From a virus: 64,000 nucleotides of DNA. The stretch's first letter is position 1. Every line of letters starts with the position of its first letter. A program made the position numbers and the translations under genes. Shown here piece after piece: positions 49,000 to 58,612 of this stretch. The stretch is from the IMG/VR virus record IMGVR_UViG_3300020180_000016, positions 17,758 to 81,757 of that record. One strand, 5' to 3'. The notes below the pieces were generated by a model. That model was given only the letters and a program-made list of their open reading frames with translations. It did not search any database and was not told where the DNA came from.

Positions 49000-49394
49000 C
49001 GCCGGATCGAGAAGCAAAAGTTTGGGGTTCGGTTATCCACCTCTTTGACAATTCCGTCTCCGTGTCCATCCTCCGAGTTGAGGCTGGACACTGTTGTAGT
49101 CGGCATTGGCATGCCAAGAGGTGGAATCGTTTTGAGGTGATTCGTGGTTGTATCGATGTCATCATATACAGCCTCAATGCAGACGGGGATTTAATCGTCG
49201 TCAGTCGTCAACGGCTGCGAGCTGCGGATGGCTATCCCGTGCCTCCTAATATGATTCACCGATTCGAAGTCGTTGAGTCTGGTGTGGTAGTGGAAACCTA
49301 CTGGACGACGGACGGCTCTGACGTTTGTCATGACGACATCCATCGAATAGACGAAGGTGGGAGGCTATGGAGTACACCACCGTATTGGGTGTAG
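48996..49394 (+). CDS. Cupin-fold sugar isomerase/epimerase-like protein
   Basis: KVWG, SRHWH..F.V..G, P....HRF, E motifs. Confidence 0.7.
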   Translation: MTPDREAKVWGSVIHLFDNSVSVSILRVEAGHCCSRHWHAKRWNRFEVIRGCIDVIIYSLNADGDLIVVSRQRLRAADGYPVPPNMIHRFEVVESGVVVETYWTTDGSDVCHDDIHRIDEGGRLWSTPPYWV

Positions 49395-50152
49395 ATAAGA
49401 ATCACGTCGAGCATCTGAGATTGGTGTGGCCTACGTGGCAGCGACACAAACCAGACATCTTCGATAACCCCATGATTATTTTTTACGATCATGGTAGCAC
49501 AGACCGAAAGGTTATCGAAGACATCGTTCAAGATCATCCTCGTCTAGATATCTTGGTTTGGCCGGTTCCGTCGGCAGCACCGTATCTAGGCGACCCGTCG
49601 ATTGGTCGATTTGGTGAATCTCAGCGTGAAAAGATGCTGTCTGGGTTTGTCTACGTACCAGCCTATCATGTCAGCACTCCATATTGGCTAAAACTCGATT
49701 TAGACGTCGTCGCATCCGGAATGCCTTGTTGGATTGATCCTACCTGGTTTCACGGATCTCCTGCCATTGTCGCTCATCGATGGAGCTACACCAAGCCTGC
49801 GAATCAGATGCAGGTTCTAGATGACTGGGTTACTCGAAATCCTGGTCTACGATTAGCTGTGTACCCACCATTGAACATGATTCCAAAGCCTGATGCGACT
49901 AGTCTACCACACCAACGAATCATATCGTGGTGTGGATTTTTCAAGACAGATTTCACTAGGTTTGCGGCACAAGAAGCTTTCATGTCTTGTGGTCCTGGAC
50001 ATCTACCAGTGCCGTCGCAAGATGGTTATCTGATGTATGTGGCTCAGAGACGTGGTTTGCCGATTCATCGAGTAAACATGAAGGCTCGAGGTTGGATTCA
50101 CTGTTCGCGACTAGATCAAATCAAATCGGCGGTGGGGGATTCTCTTGCCTAG
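49367..50152 (+). CDS. GT-A fold glycosyltransferase
   Basis: YWLKLDLDVV DxD motif, QD, C-terminal H. Confidence 0.55.
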   Translation: MEYTTVLGVDKNHVEHLRLVWPTWQRHKPDIFDNPMIIFYDHGSTDRKVIEDIVQDHPRLDILVWPVPSAAPYLGDPSIGRFGESQREKMLSGFVYVPAYHVSTPYWLKLDLDVVASGMPCWIDPTWFHGSPAIVAHRWSYTKPANQMQVLDDWVTRNPGLRLAVYPPLNMIPKPDATSLPHQRIISWCGFFKTDFTRFAAQEAFMSCGPGHLPVPSQDGYLMYVAQRRGLPIHRVNMKARGWIHCSRLDQIKSAVGDSLA

Positions 50153-50795
50153 AATTGCACGTCGCAGCAGCAACGCTCTGATCGACTACATGAAGTTAAT
50201 TGATTGGACACCTACCCGTATCTGTATGGTTGGTGTTGGTGTGCGATCGGAAGAGCCTCAGGCTTTTCTAGAGGCTTGGCCCCAGGCAATGTTGATTGGA
50301 TTAGAACCTAATCCAGATACCTTCACAACTATCGACGAATCTTTTCCTGGAGTCCTGCTACCGGCAGCGGCGTCGGATAAGAGTGGTTGGGCTGTTCTGC
50401 ATTCCAAGACAAATTGGAAAGATGGGTCTACTGTCTTTCCATTTGAGGATGCTTCGCATAGGCACCAAGTCCAAACGGTCCGTTTAGATCATATTGTCAC
50501 TATTCACGAGCAAGACAAGTTCTTGCTCTGGTTGGATTGTGAAGGTTCAGAGCTTTTGGCTCTTCAAGGGGCCCACCACATCCTTGAAGACGTACAGGTC
50601 ATCAATGTCGAGATGACAGGTAAGCCTAGGATTCCAGGATGGTGCTCTCCGAAAGATGTTCACAATCTTCTTTTGTGTCATGGATTTACTCAATGTTGGG
50701 TGCACACCATTCGGCCGCCGATCGCTCAGTTTGATGCCATCTACGTTCGTAATGATTTAGTTCAAGAGCAATTCAGTAGCTGCATCCCTTCATGA
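50145..50795 (+). CDS. FkbM-family methyltransferase
   Basis: LEPNP, AASD, TVRLD, WLDCEGSEL.ALQGA. Confidence 0.85.
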   Translation: MPRIARRSSNALIDYMKLIDWTPTRICMVGVGVRSEEPQAFLEAWPQAMLIGLEPNPDTFTTIDESFPGVLLPAAASDKSGWAVLHSKTNWKDGSTVFPFEDASHRHQVQTVRLDHIVTIHEQDKFLLWLDCEGSELLALQGAHHILEDVQVINVEMTGKPRIPGWCSPKDVHNLLLCHGFTQCWVHTIRPPIAQFDAIYVRNDLVQEQFSSCIPS

Positions 50796-51085
50796 AACGA
50801 GTGAGCAATCCAGCACCGTCGACTATAAAATCTCGCCGTCGATATTGTCGACGGAAAGAGCAATTGATTCTATTATTAGGTGGTGCCTGTGACGATTGTG
50901 GGACTACCACTGAGAAGAGATTGCAATTTCATCACACACAACCCAGAGACTGGGACGTAACTCGTGTTCATGGACTAAAGCGACTTCGGCTCTACATCGA
51001 AGAAGCGATAGCCGGTAAAGGGGTTCTTCTTTGTGATCGATGTCACGGAGAGCGAACAAGAGCCGATTCAGATGATAGTTTCTAG
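50792..51085 (+). CDS. HNH endonuclease
   Basis: LGGACDDCG..LQFHH..LLCDRCH. Confidence 0.75.
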   Translation: MKRVSNPAPSTIKSRRRYCRRKEQLILLLGGACDDCGTTTEKRLQFHHTQPRDWDVTRVHGLKRLRLYIEEAIAGKGVLLCDRCHGERTRADSDDSF

Positions 51086-51100
51086 CCTTCGAGACCGCAT

Positions 51101-52030
51101 ATGATTCAAGTTTGCTACCTGATGAGCGGCCCTGCCCATTTGCCGTACCTTGCCGTTAGTTTGGCCACCCTGCGTAGGTGGTACGCTGGTCGGGTGGTAG
51201 TGTGCGCCTACCCGGAGTCCCACCCCGCTGTGGTGCGGATAGCGGCTGATCCTAGGTGCAACGCAGATGCCCGGCTGTGGCATCCGCACAACCGAGGAAA
51301 GAACGGTCAGTTCATTGAAAAGATCAGAATGATGTCGAAGCAGATAGACAACACCACGGTCTATCTGGATGCCGACACCATGATTACAGGCAAGTTGGAC
51401 GAACTCGTCGTCGCCGCTCAAGATCATGGATTCGCCGCGACTCAATTTTGTAATTGGCAGTCCAATCGAGGTTCGCCGGCAGGTCGAATTCGTAGGTTGC
51501 TGGATCGCCAACCTATCGACCAGGCCGCCGTGAAGAAAATTCTCGCCGAGCCGTGGCCGTCTGTGAATGGTGGAGTCTTTGCAAGCCATCCAGATTCAAA
51601 GTCGTGGTTTCTGAATCAATGGCACCAGTGGACCCTAGCCGTCAAAGATATCTTCATCGCAGACGAAACGGTACTTCATGCTCTGGTGGCCTATCAGCAC
51701 GTCTATGCCGACGAGCTGATGAAATCTGGAATACCTGCCAAGAAATGTGCGGTGATGGAAGGCGGGTCGTTCAACTGCTCACCTAGGTATCAGCCCAAGA
51801 ATTTACTTGACTCAGATGTCAAGATTTGGCATTTCCACGGCGATTCAAATGTTCGGCCGAATAAGTCGAAGAAGGGCTTCGACCTGTGGTGGCCTGAGTA
51901 CCAGAAGTGTCTGTCGGAGAATTGGGGCTATATTCAGGAGTGGGTGGGGGCCTGTGGAAATCAATGGATCACAGATCTGGAAGCTGCCCAAGGCCAAAAT
52001 CATCGACCGGCAGACGTCGTTGTTCCCTAA
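51101..52030 (+). CDS. GT-A fold (GT8-like) glycosyltransferase
   Basis: VYLDADT, VNGGVF, DE, IWHFHG. Confidence 0.75.
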   Translation: MIQVCYLMSGPAHLPYLAVSLATLRRWYAGRVVVCAYPESHPAVVRIAADPRCNADARLWHPHNRGKNGQFIEKIRMMSKQIDNTTVYLDADTMITGKLDELVVAAQDHGFAATQFCNWQSNRGSPAGRIRRLLDRQPIDQAAVKKILAEPWPSVNGGVFASHPDSKSWFLNQWHQWTLAVKDIFIADETVLHALVAYQHVYADELMKSGIPAKKCAVMEGGSFNCSPRYQPKNLLDSDVKIWHFHGDSNVRPNKSKKGFDLWWPEYQKCLSENWGYIQEWVGACGNQWITDLEAAQGQNHRPADVVVP

Positions 52031-52256
52031 TGACCGATTGCTCACTTCGCAAGGGGTGGCTAGATGGGCGACTGGGGATTTCTTTGAAGACGTCACAGCC
52101 GCACTGACTGGAGCAATTCGACTGTGGACCGACAGCACCAAGAAGATTTGCCCCGATTTGCATTATTCGAGAAACATTTTCTTCGAATCCAAATCGTCCG
52201 GAAAGTCAGGTGCTGTGATACTTTACAAATGTCGTCAGATTTCATTCGGAGCTTGA
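51984..52256 (+). pseudogene. Truncated PD-(D/E)XK nuclease remnant
   Basis: GDFFE...PDL.....FESKS pattern, followed by an early stop. Confidence 0.35.
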
Positions 52257-52889
52257 TTGATGTATCCATTTGACCCGCTACCAGTTGAGATGCGAGTCCC
52301 TCTAAATAAGCAGGAACACGATTTTCAATTTACTCGCCGATGGTTTGAGTACCGGAATCTGACGACGTGGTCGACTTTCTTGCTCCCACGATTCGGACTT
52401 CAGCAGCCGGTCAATATGTTACAGATCGGAGTCTTCGAGGGGATGGACTTGGTGTGGTGTTGCCAGAATCTTCTGCAGCATCCGGATAGTCGAGCCGTGG
52501 CGATTGATCCTTGGCTAGAGACTACGAAGCTGAAGTCAGAGCAGATGCTGGCCGTTCGAGATCGGGCGGCTCACAATCTGACACCTTGGGATAAGAAGAT
52601 TCAGTTGATTCAGCGATTCAGTCAAGATGTAGTTCCTCAATTGCCAGCGGAGCAATTCGATCTAGCGATTATCGACGGTGACCATAATCGTCGACCGGTT
52701 TATGACGATGCCGTCAATTGTCTTCGTGCAGTGAAGTCGGGTGGGTGGCTCGTATTTGACGATGTCCGCAACCGGGTTAAGAAAGCCGATCATGTTCAAG
52801 CTGGTTTGGATGACTTCTTGAAAGATCACGGTGGATCGGTTCTATTTGAATGGCGGCATCGGTACTGTGACTGTTATTCAAAGAGGTGA
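52257..52889 (+). CDS. Class I SAM methyltransferase (Methyltransf_24-like)
   Basis: QIGVFEG, IDPW, FDLAIIDGDH, GGWLVFDD. Confidence 0.85.
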   Translation: MMYPFDPLPVEMRVPLNKQEHDFQFTRRWFEYRNLTTWSTFLLPRFGLQQPVNMLQIGVFEGMDLVWCCQNLLQHPDSRAVAIDPWLETTKLKSEQMLAVRDRAAHNLTPWDKKIQLIQRFSQDVVPQLPAEQFDLAIIDGDHNRRPVYDDAVNCLRAVKSGGWLVFDDVRNRVKKADHVQAGLDDFLKDHGGSVLFEWRHRYCDCYSKR

Positions 52890-52892
52890 CTG

Positions 52893-53408
52893 ATGATTCA
52901 GGTATGTGGTATCGACTTTGCCGCTCCTCCGATGGAGTACACGACCTGGTTTCTTGAGGCGGCTCGCAAAGGTTGTGTCTCTGTGACGGGCGATAATCCG
53001 TACAGTGTTCCAGATGAGCGGCGGCCGTACCTATTGAGCTTGGTTCGCCACCCATTCTTGTTCTTGTCAGAAGTCTATTGCACACACAGGTTTATGCCGA
53101 TCAACAATAATCTGCCGCTGAAGCAGATTATTTCTTTGATTGAGCCTGGATTTAATGTGCTCGACTTTATTCGAGCCGTCACCAATCATCCTGGAGCTGT
53201 CGAAAAGATTTTCGACGCGTATCAGGCCTCGTCCGTTTTGAAATGCGAAGATCTACCGTGGGCGGCCATTCATTGTTTGAGATTGAATCGCAGCCGGGTC
53301 TTAGAACATCGAACACCTGTAGCTGACCGGGTCATCGGCTCGCAGCATCTTCGAGACTCTCTCCGATCGTCAGAGAAAGGTCTCTACGAAAGGTACGACT
53401 ACCGATGA
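52893..53408 (+). CDS. Sulfotransferase-like protein (degenerate)
   Basis: LVRHP....S.Y 3'-PB-like motif and EDL; 5'-PSB loop not canonical. Confidence 0.4.
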   Translation: MIQVCGIDFAAPPMEYTTWFLEAARKGCVSVTGDNPYSVPDERRPYLLSLVRHPFLFLSEVYCTHRFMPINNNLPLKQIISLIEPGFNVLDFIRAVTNHPGAVEKIFDAYQASSVLKCEDLPWAAIHCLRLNRSRVLEHRTPVADRVIGSQHLRDSLRSSEKGLYERYDYR

Positions 53409-53950
53409 AGTTGCACACATCCAGTCTTATCCGGATAATCAAGTCGCTGCCGATTGAGATTAATCGAGGAGCTGAAGTTGGAGTTTACCGTGGTGAGGCT
53501 TCTAAAGATTTGATCCAAGCCTTTCCTTATCTTAAGCTCTATATGATTGACATTTGGTCAGATTCGTTCACTACGGACAAAAGGCTGGGTGGTGCGTCGC
53601 AAAAGGTTTGGAATGAGATTCGAGAGCAGGCTCGACAAAATGGTGTTGATTCTGAAGGATATCAGCGGGGAATCATCTGGCAGGCTCGTAGTATTGAGGC
53701 TGCGGTAATCGTCGTCGATCACTATTTTGATTTCGTCTTCATTGACGCTGACCATCGATACGAACAGGTGCAGCAGGATATTCAGGCTTGGTATCCTAAG
53801 GTGAAGGTCGGTGGGCTGCTGTGCGGGCACGACTACGATGGGAAGAACGATCGACGAGGTATCTGGGGTGTGAAGCGAGCCGTCGATGAAGCCTTCGGCG
53901 ATCGTGTTCTGACCGACCGTGGATTGATTTGGGGGGTGATTAAGACATGA
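53405..53950 (+). CDS. Class I SAM methyltransferase (Methyltransf_24-like)
   Basis: AEVGVYRG, FDFVFIDADH.Y, GGLLCGHDY, GVKRAVDE. Confidence 0.85.
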   Translation: MKLHTSSLIRIIKSLPIEINRGAEVGVYRGEASKDLIQAFPYLKLYMIDIWSDSFTTDKRLGGASQKVWNEIREQARQNGVDSEGYQRGIIWQARSIEAAVIVVDHYFDFVFIDADHRYEQVQQDIQAWYPKVKVGGLLCGHDYDGKNDRRGIWGVKRAVDEAFGDRVLTDRGLIWGVIKT

Positions 53951-54159
53951 TGAAAAGAGATGAAGTTTTGGATTTGGGAAGTTGTCTGAATCGAGCAAAA
54001 GAAGATGAGCTGATGTTCGTTCTTCTTGAAAGAGACGCATCAGCCCCCATTGCCATTCAAGCGTGGATTGACCATCGAATTAGTTCGGGAAAAAATCATC
54101 CAGATGATGCCCAAATTCTTGAAGCTCGAGAGTGGATACAGAAAGCAGGAAAGACATGA
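53947..54159 (+). CDS. Hypothetical phage protein
   Basis: SCLNRA.EDE..FVLL.RD..AP motif. Confidence 0.55.
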   Translation: MMKRDEVLDLGSCLNRAKEDELMFVLLERDASAPIAIQAWIDHRISSGKNHPDDAQILEAREWIQKAGKT

Positions 54160-54878
54160 GCATCCGCATCGTCAGTCATGTCTTTGCCCGAGATCTACCC
54201 CAGTTTGGGGTATTTCTACGAGCACAGTTATCCAGCCTGGTTCTTCATCCGCCTAAGATCCCGGTGGCGATTACGGTGTGCCTGAGCAGCGATGCCGACC
54301 CGATGTCGGTTCAGGTTTGTCATGATTTTTCTTTGGCTCTCCACGAATCTCTGGATATAATTGATTTGTCGCTGGGCGGACTCTTCCGTCGAGCGATTGG
54401 TCGGAATCTGGCAGCCTTGTCCAGCTCTGAAGATTTTGTCTGGTTTACGGATGTGGATTACATCTTTGGTCCTGGTTGCCTGGATAATGTCTACCTACAA
54501 GCCCAGGAATTCGACCGTGGAATGATTTGGCCGGATTCGGTGTTGATTGATCCTGACTATGGATCAGCCGATCAATTCTGGGAATCGAATCTGGAATCAA
54601 AAGGCTTGATCTACCCAGACACGACCCGGTTTGTGAAGAAGACGTATAGCCGGGCGATTGGTGGGGTACAGATCGTGCCTGGGGCGGTTGCCCGCGATGG
54701 GTATCTAAATAACACGAAGTGGCAGGAACCGCAGAACCCAGATAAACCATTTCCGTGTTTCCGAGACGACATTGCCTTCCGTCGCTTATCGCGAGGCACG
54801 CTCCATCAGATTTCAGCGCCCAATCTGATTAGGTTGCGGCACTCAAAAATTACCTACAAAGGTGCTGCAAATTCTTAA
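54156..54878 (+). CDS. GT2-like glycosyltransferase
   Basis: GRNLAA, VWFTDVDYIF, DD. Confidence 0.7.
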   Translation: MSIRIVSHVFARDLPQFGVFLRAQLSSLVLHPPKIPVAITVCLSSDADPMSVQVCHDFSLALHESLDIIDLSLGGLFRRAIGRNLAALSSSEDFVWFTDVDYIFGPGCLDNVYLQAQEFDRGMIWPDSVLIDPDYGSADQFWESNLESKGLIYPDTTRFVKKTYSRAIGGVQIVPGAVARDGYLNNTKWQEPQNPDKPFPCFRDDIAFRRLSRGTLHQISAPNLIRLRHSKITYKGAANS

Positions 54879-54975
54879 GCACCGTCGTATACTTTGATCG
54901 ACGGCGTCCGGCCGGACGAGCTCAGCCTCAAATGGAAACCCGGCAGGGTCTACATCCTGCCGGGTTGTTTCATGT

Positions 54976-55293
54976 TTGGAGTTTCTAATGAAATTCATGT
55001 CAACAATCCGCCGATGGCTTCGATCCTGGGTCAAGTCATTCCTCTTCGAGGAAGACGACAATTTCCTGGAGGTTCGGATTGACGATACGGTAGAGCGAGT
55101 GGATGCCTACCAGACGGTCGGGTCGTATTTAATGTGCATCCGCCAGGACGGCAATCGACTTGTTCACGTTGCTCAGGCTGTATCACCTGATCGGTTTGTC
55201 ACGCTCTGGCATCGATTATCCAGCCATCAGGCAGTGACATGGCCGGACGGATCTCCGTACAACCCGTTTTCCAGCAGCAACGGACCGTTCTAA
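54976..55293 (+). CDS. Hypothetical protein
   Basis: ORF before the promoter repeat. Confidence 0.4.
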   Translation: MEFLMKFMSTIRRWLRSWVKSFLFEEDDNFLEVRIDDTVERVDAYQTVGSYLMCIRQDGNRLVHVAQAVSPDRFVTLWHRLSSHQAVTWPDGSPYNPFSSSNGPF

Positions 55294-55308
55294 CCGTAGA
55301 CGACACAT

Positions 55309-55420
55309 CACCTTCCACATCTTCATCAAATTCTTCCAAAATATCTCCAAAAACGGCACAGTCGCGGTTGCAATAATCCCGATCTTGTCGTATAGTGTTG
55401 TGAATGTAACGTATGTAACA
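55309..55420 (+). promoter_or_regulatory. Repeated sigma70-type promoter, copy A
   Basis: TTGCAA(55368)-17 bp-TATAGT(55391); 55366-55420 identical to 63935-63989. Confidence 0.8.
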
Positions 55421-55449
55421 CGTTCGACAGATCAAACGAGGAGAAGAAG

Positions 55450-55668
55450 ATGATGCGAGACTTGATTATTAACCGAATCATCGAAATCAACCCCAACGGC
55501 TTGCGGAACTACGTCTACCTCGAACGATGGCTTAAGTCTGTCTCGGACGATCGCCTGCTCGCCATGTTCGAGATTATGATCGAAGAGTCGGATCTCCCGC
55601 CGGGCTTTGTGGTGGAGTGGATGGTCGGCGACGAGCACGAAGAAGAGACCGATCATGCCTGCAGGTGA
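55450..55668 (+). CDS. Hypothetical early protein
   Basis: GAGGAG RBS downstream of the promoter. Confidence 0.55.
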   Translation: MMRDLIINRIIEINPNGLRNYVYLERWLKSVSDDRLLAMFEIMIEESDLPPGFVVEWMVGDEHEEETDHACR

Positions 55669-55924
55669 GATTAAGACGACGACAAATCTGGTGGTGCTCG
55701 TACAGTTTCAGCGAGGCATCCGATTCCCAAAGGTGATTAAGAAACTTCCCAAATCCGAAGCGGCCGAAACAAGTCTGCGAGACTTGGCCGCTCGGAAAGG
55801 CATCCAGTTGATTTAAGGACAGGCGATGGCCAAGAGTTCAGCTACCGGAGACGATTGCACGCACGAAACGAGTGATCGCGAAGCAGCAGGAGCAAGTCGC
55901 ATGACACACACAGGAGCAAGTCGC

Positions 55925-56302
55925 ATGATCCAGATCACACATCGCTGGTCGCCCAAGGTGCTGTGGGAGGGTGCCGCGGATTCGCTGTGGCAGGCTGTTG
56001 AAATGGCGGTATCGGCGGGTGCCGACCTCAGTCACGCCGACCTCAGTCGCGCCGACCTCAGCGCCGCCAAGCTGAGTCGCGCCAAACTAAGCGACGCCGA
56101 CCTTAGTTACGCCGACCTCAGCGGTGCTGACCTCAACAACGCCGACCTCAGCGACGCAAAACTCAGCGGTGCCGACCTGAGCAACGCCGACCTAAACGCC
56201 GCCAAACTAAGTCGCGCCGACCTTAGTTACGCCGACCTCAGCGGTGCTGACCTCAACAACGCCGACCTCAGCGACGCAAAACTCAGCGGGCTCACAGGGT
56301 GA
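55925..56302 (+). CDS. Pentapeptide-repeat protein
   Basis: A(D/K)LSx repeats; AGGAG RBS before MIQITHRW; exact 75-bp internal duplication 56095-56169 / 56215-56289. Confidence 0.85.
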   Translation: MIQITHRWSPKVLWEGAADSLWQAVEMAVSAGADLSHADLSRADLSAAKLSRAKLSDADLSYADLSGADLNNADLSDAKLSGADLSNADLNAAKLSRADLSYADLSGADLNNADLSDAKLSGLTG

Positions 56303-56428
56303 TTGTAGAAGCCGTGCTGTGCGCGGTGACGCCTGACGACCCGGTACGAAGGGGAGTCCGCCATCTGCGAAACCTGCCGGGTCGCTGCACAGTTGGAATC
56401 GGCAAACGACCGACTCAATAACCGTGGG

Positions 56429-56457
56429 TTGCATGCCGTGGCTCACGATGTTACAAT
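56429..56457 (+). promoter_or_regulatory. sigma70-type promoter
   Basis: TTGCAT-17 bp-TACAAT with extended -10 TG. Confidence 0.6.
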
Positions 56458-56497
56458 GCACACGTCGCTTACAACCCACCAGAGAAGGAGACACAGA

Positions 56498-57007
56498 ATG
56501 GATGCTCGGACTGACACCTACAACGACGTGCGAGGATTGATTATCCACACCGTGCAGCGGTTCAATCGTCGGTTCCGCGGTGACTTCGACGAGCAGGTGT
56601 GCGAGGCCAATTATGTTTTCATGGCGGTGTACGACAGGTACGACGATAACCGTGGGTCATTCACGTCGCTGCTCGTCCGGTCGATTTGGAATCGGTTGAC
56701 CGATGTGTCGGTGATCGAGCGCCGCAAGTCGATCAAGACGGAAGGTGGTGAGTCGACCACCTTCGTCGCCAATCGGTCCGTGTCGTCTTTCTCAATCACC
56801 GACTTCATGGATACGGTGAGTGACGACGCCCGCATCCTCGTACAGTTGATCGTCGAGGCCCCGGCCGAATTGGCCGAGGTGGCCACCGGCAAAGGAGACA
56901 CACCGTGCAACTGGCGTTCCAGCCTACGCGAGTACCTTCGTCAGCGTGGTTGGGGTCGTGACCGGATCAATTCCGGGATGGCAGAAGTAAAGGCCGCTCT
57001 GCAATGA
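56498..57007 (+). CDS. Sigma-factor-like protein
   Basis: Region-2-like D.DE...EA...F......YD..RGSF.S....I.N.L; AAGGAG RBS. Confidence 0.6.
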   Translation: MDARTDTYNDVRGLIIHTVQRFNRRFRGDFDEQVCEANYVFMAVYDRYDDNRGSFTSLLVRSIWNRLTDVSVIERRKSIKTEGGESTTFVANRSVSSFSITDFMDTVSDDARILVQLIVEAPAELAEVATGKGDTPCNWRSSLREYLRQRGWGRDRINSGMAEVKAALQ

Positions 57008-57207
57008 GCAGAGGAACCGAGACGTGCGACTGCCTCTTTTGCACAGCCCACAACCCAGATCGGTTGTGGGCTGTGGTCGATGAAGCCTGGGCTAAGTTTA
57101 TGGCCGAGATGTACCTGAGCAGGATTCCGTCGATTCGATTTGATGATTCTGTGTGCAAAGGTTTGCGGCTCTTGGACCGAGATGGTGAGTTGAGGAGGCG
57201 ATCGTAG

Positions 57208-58596
57208 ATGCCGGTGACCTTGTATCCGTACCAGAGCGAAGATCAGGGCCTCATCGATCAATTCGGAGGTCGAGTGATTCTGGGGTACGCGATGGGGTTG
57301 GGGAAGACGGTCACCTCAGCCTTCTGGGCTCTGAATCATCCCGACCGGCAACCGATCTGCGTTGTGTGCCCGGCGAGCGTGAAATACAACTGGGAATTCG
57401 AAAGCAAGAAGTTCTTCGGAATCACACCAGCGATCTGCGAAGGTCGACGCCCGCCGGCCTACCATAGTCATGGATTTGGGCCGCCACCTCCAATCACCGT
57501 CATCAATTACGATGTGCTGAAAGACTGGCTGGGCTACCTCAAACGGATGAAGTTCAAGACGGTGATCTTTGATGAGGGGCAGCAACTCTCGCATCACACC
57601 TCGAAACGTAGAGTTGCTGCCAAGGCCTTGATAGCGGGGGTGCCGCACGTCTTCATCTTGAGTGGCACCCCGTTTATGAACAAGGTGATCGACCTCTGGT
57701 CAGTCGTCAATCTATTGTGGCCGGAGGAGTTTCCGTCACAATGGAGTTTTGCTCAGCAATACTGCTCACCTAGGTGGACGCCGTGGGGCTGGAATCTCAA
57801 CGGCGGGACTAATCTAGATGAGCTGGGACGAAGGCTGAGGAAGATGGGGTTCATTCGCCGTCGAAAAGAAGACGTGCTCAAGGACTTACCGGACAAGGTA
57901 TACCGTATTGTGCCGTGTTCTGTTGACCAAGAGCAGTACGACGAAGCGGCTAATGATTTCCTGGGTTGGTTGAAGAAGACGATGAGTCACAAAGTAGAGA
58001 AGGCCGCCAAGGCCGAGAAGGTGACTCGCATTGGGTACCTCATCCGGCTGACGGCAAGACTGAAACTACAAGGCCCAGTTGAATGGGCTAATCGTTTCTT
58101 GACGGAGTCATCTGACACGAAAGAGAAACTTGTCATCTTTGCCGTGCATCAAAAGGCGATCGAGGCGATTCATCGTAACCTGGATTTCAAAGGTGTGGTG
58201 ATTAACGGCGAGGTGTCAGGCCGGAAGAGGCAGGCTGCGATCGACCAGTTCAACAACGATCCAGATACTAGATTCGTCGTTGCAAACTATTTGGCGGGAG
58301 GCGTCGGCACCAATCTGCAATCTGCCTCAGAAGTCGCTCTGTTTGAGTTTCCATGGCGGCCCGGTGACATTATGCAGGCGATCGACAGATGCCACCGCAT
58401 CGGCCAGAAGAAGACGGTGTTCGTTAATTTCCTTGTCGCCGGTGGAACGATAGAAGAGGATCTTGCTCGGCTTCACCATCTTAAGCAGACACAGATATCG
58501 ACCGTGCTTGATGGTGGTGCTGACGCCGGCGGCGATATTGATCTGTACGACGAATTGTTGCGGGTGCTCGAAGGTCGATTGGTGCACTCAAAATAG
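57208..58596 (+). CDS. SNF2-family helicase
   Basis: MGLGKT, DEGQ, LSGTP..N, GGVGTNL, QAIDRCHRIGQ. Confidence 0.9.
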   Translation: MPVTLYPYQSEDQGLIDQFGGRVILGYAMGLGKTVTSAFWALNHPDRQPICVVCPASVKYNWEFESKKFFGITPAICEGRRPPAYHSHGFGPPPPITVINYDVLKDWLGYLKRMKFKTVIFDEGQQLSHHTSKRRVAAKALIAGVPHVFILSGTPFMNKVIDLWSVVNLLWPEEFPSQWSFAQQYCSPRWTPWGWNLNGGTNLDELGRRLRKMGFIRRRKEDVLKDLPDKVYRIVPCSVDQEQYDEAANDFLGWLKKTMSHKVEKAAKAEKVTRIGYLIRLTARLKLQGPVEWANRFLTESSDTKEKLVIFAVHQKAIEAIHRNLDFKGVVINGEVSGRKRQAAIDQFNNDPDTRFVVANYLAGGVGTNLQSASEVALFEFPWRPGDIMQAIDRCHRIGQKKTVFVNFLVAGGTIEEDLARLHHLKQTQISTVLDGGADAGGDIDLYDELLRVLEGRLVHSK

Positions 58597-58612
58597 AGAG
58601 AGGTTTCGTATA

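Noticed and set aside
47521-53699. 16-nt identity GCTCGTAGTATTGAGG at 47521 and 53684
   Set aside because: About one such match is expected by chance in 64 kb; no att-like context or integrase
47971-54878. Glycosyltransferase cluster as a DNA-hypermodification system
   Set aside because: No hydroxymethylase or base-modifying partner seen; position in the late structural operon favours protein or surface targets, though this is not excluded
55826-56302. Internal repeats as a possible DGR template/variable pair
   Set aside because: Copies are identical rather than A-mutated, and no reverse transcriptase is present
56318-56392. Hammerhead-like words (CTGACGA..GAAA..GTC) in a structured intergenic region
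   Set aside because: Stem II cannot close and stem I is not adjacent to the core; probably just a hairpin
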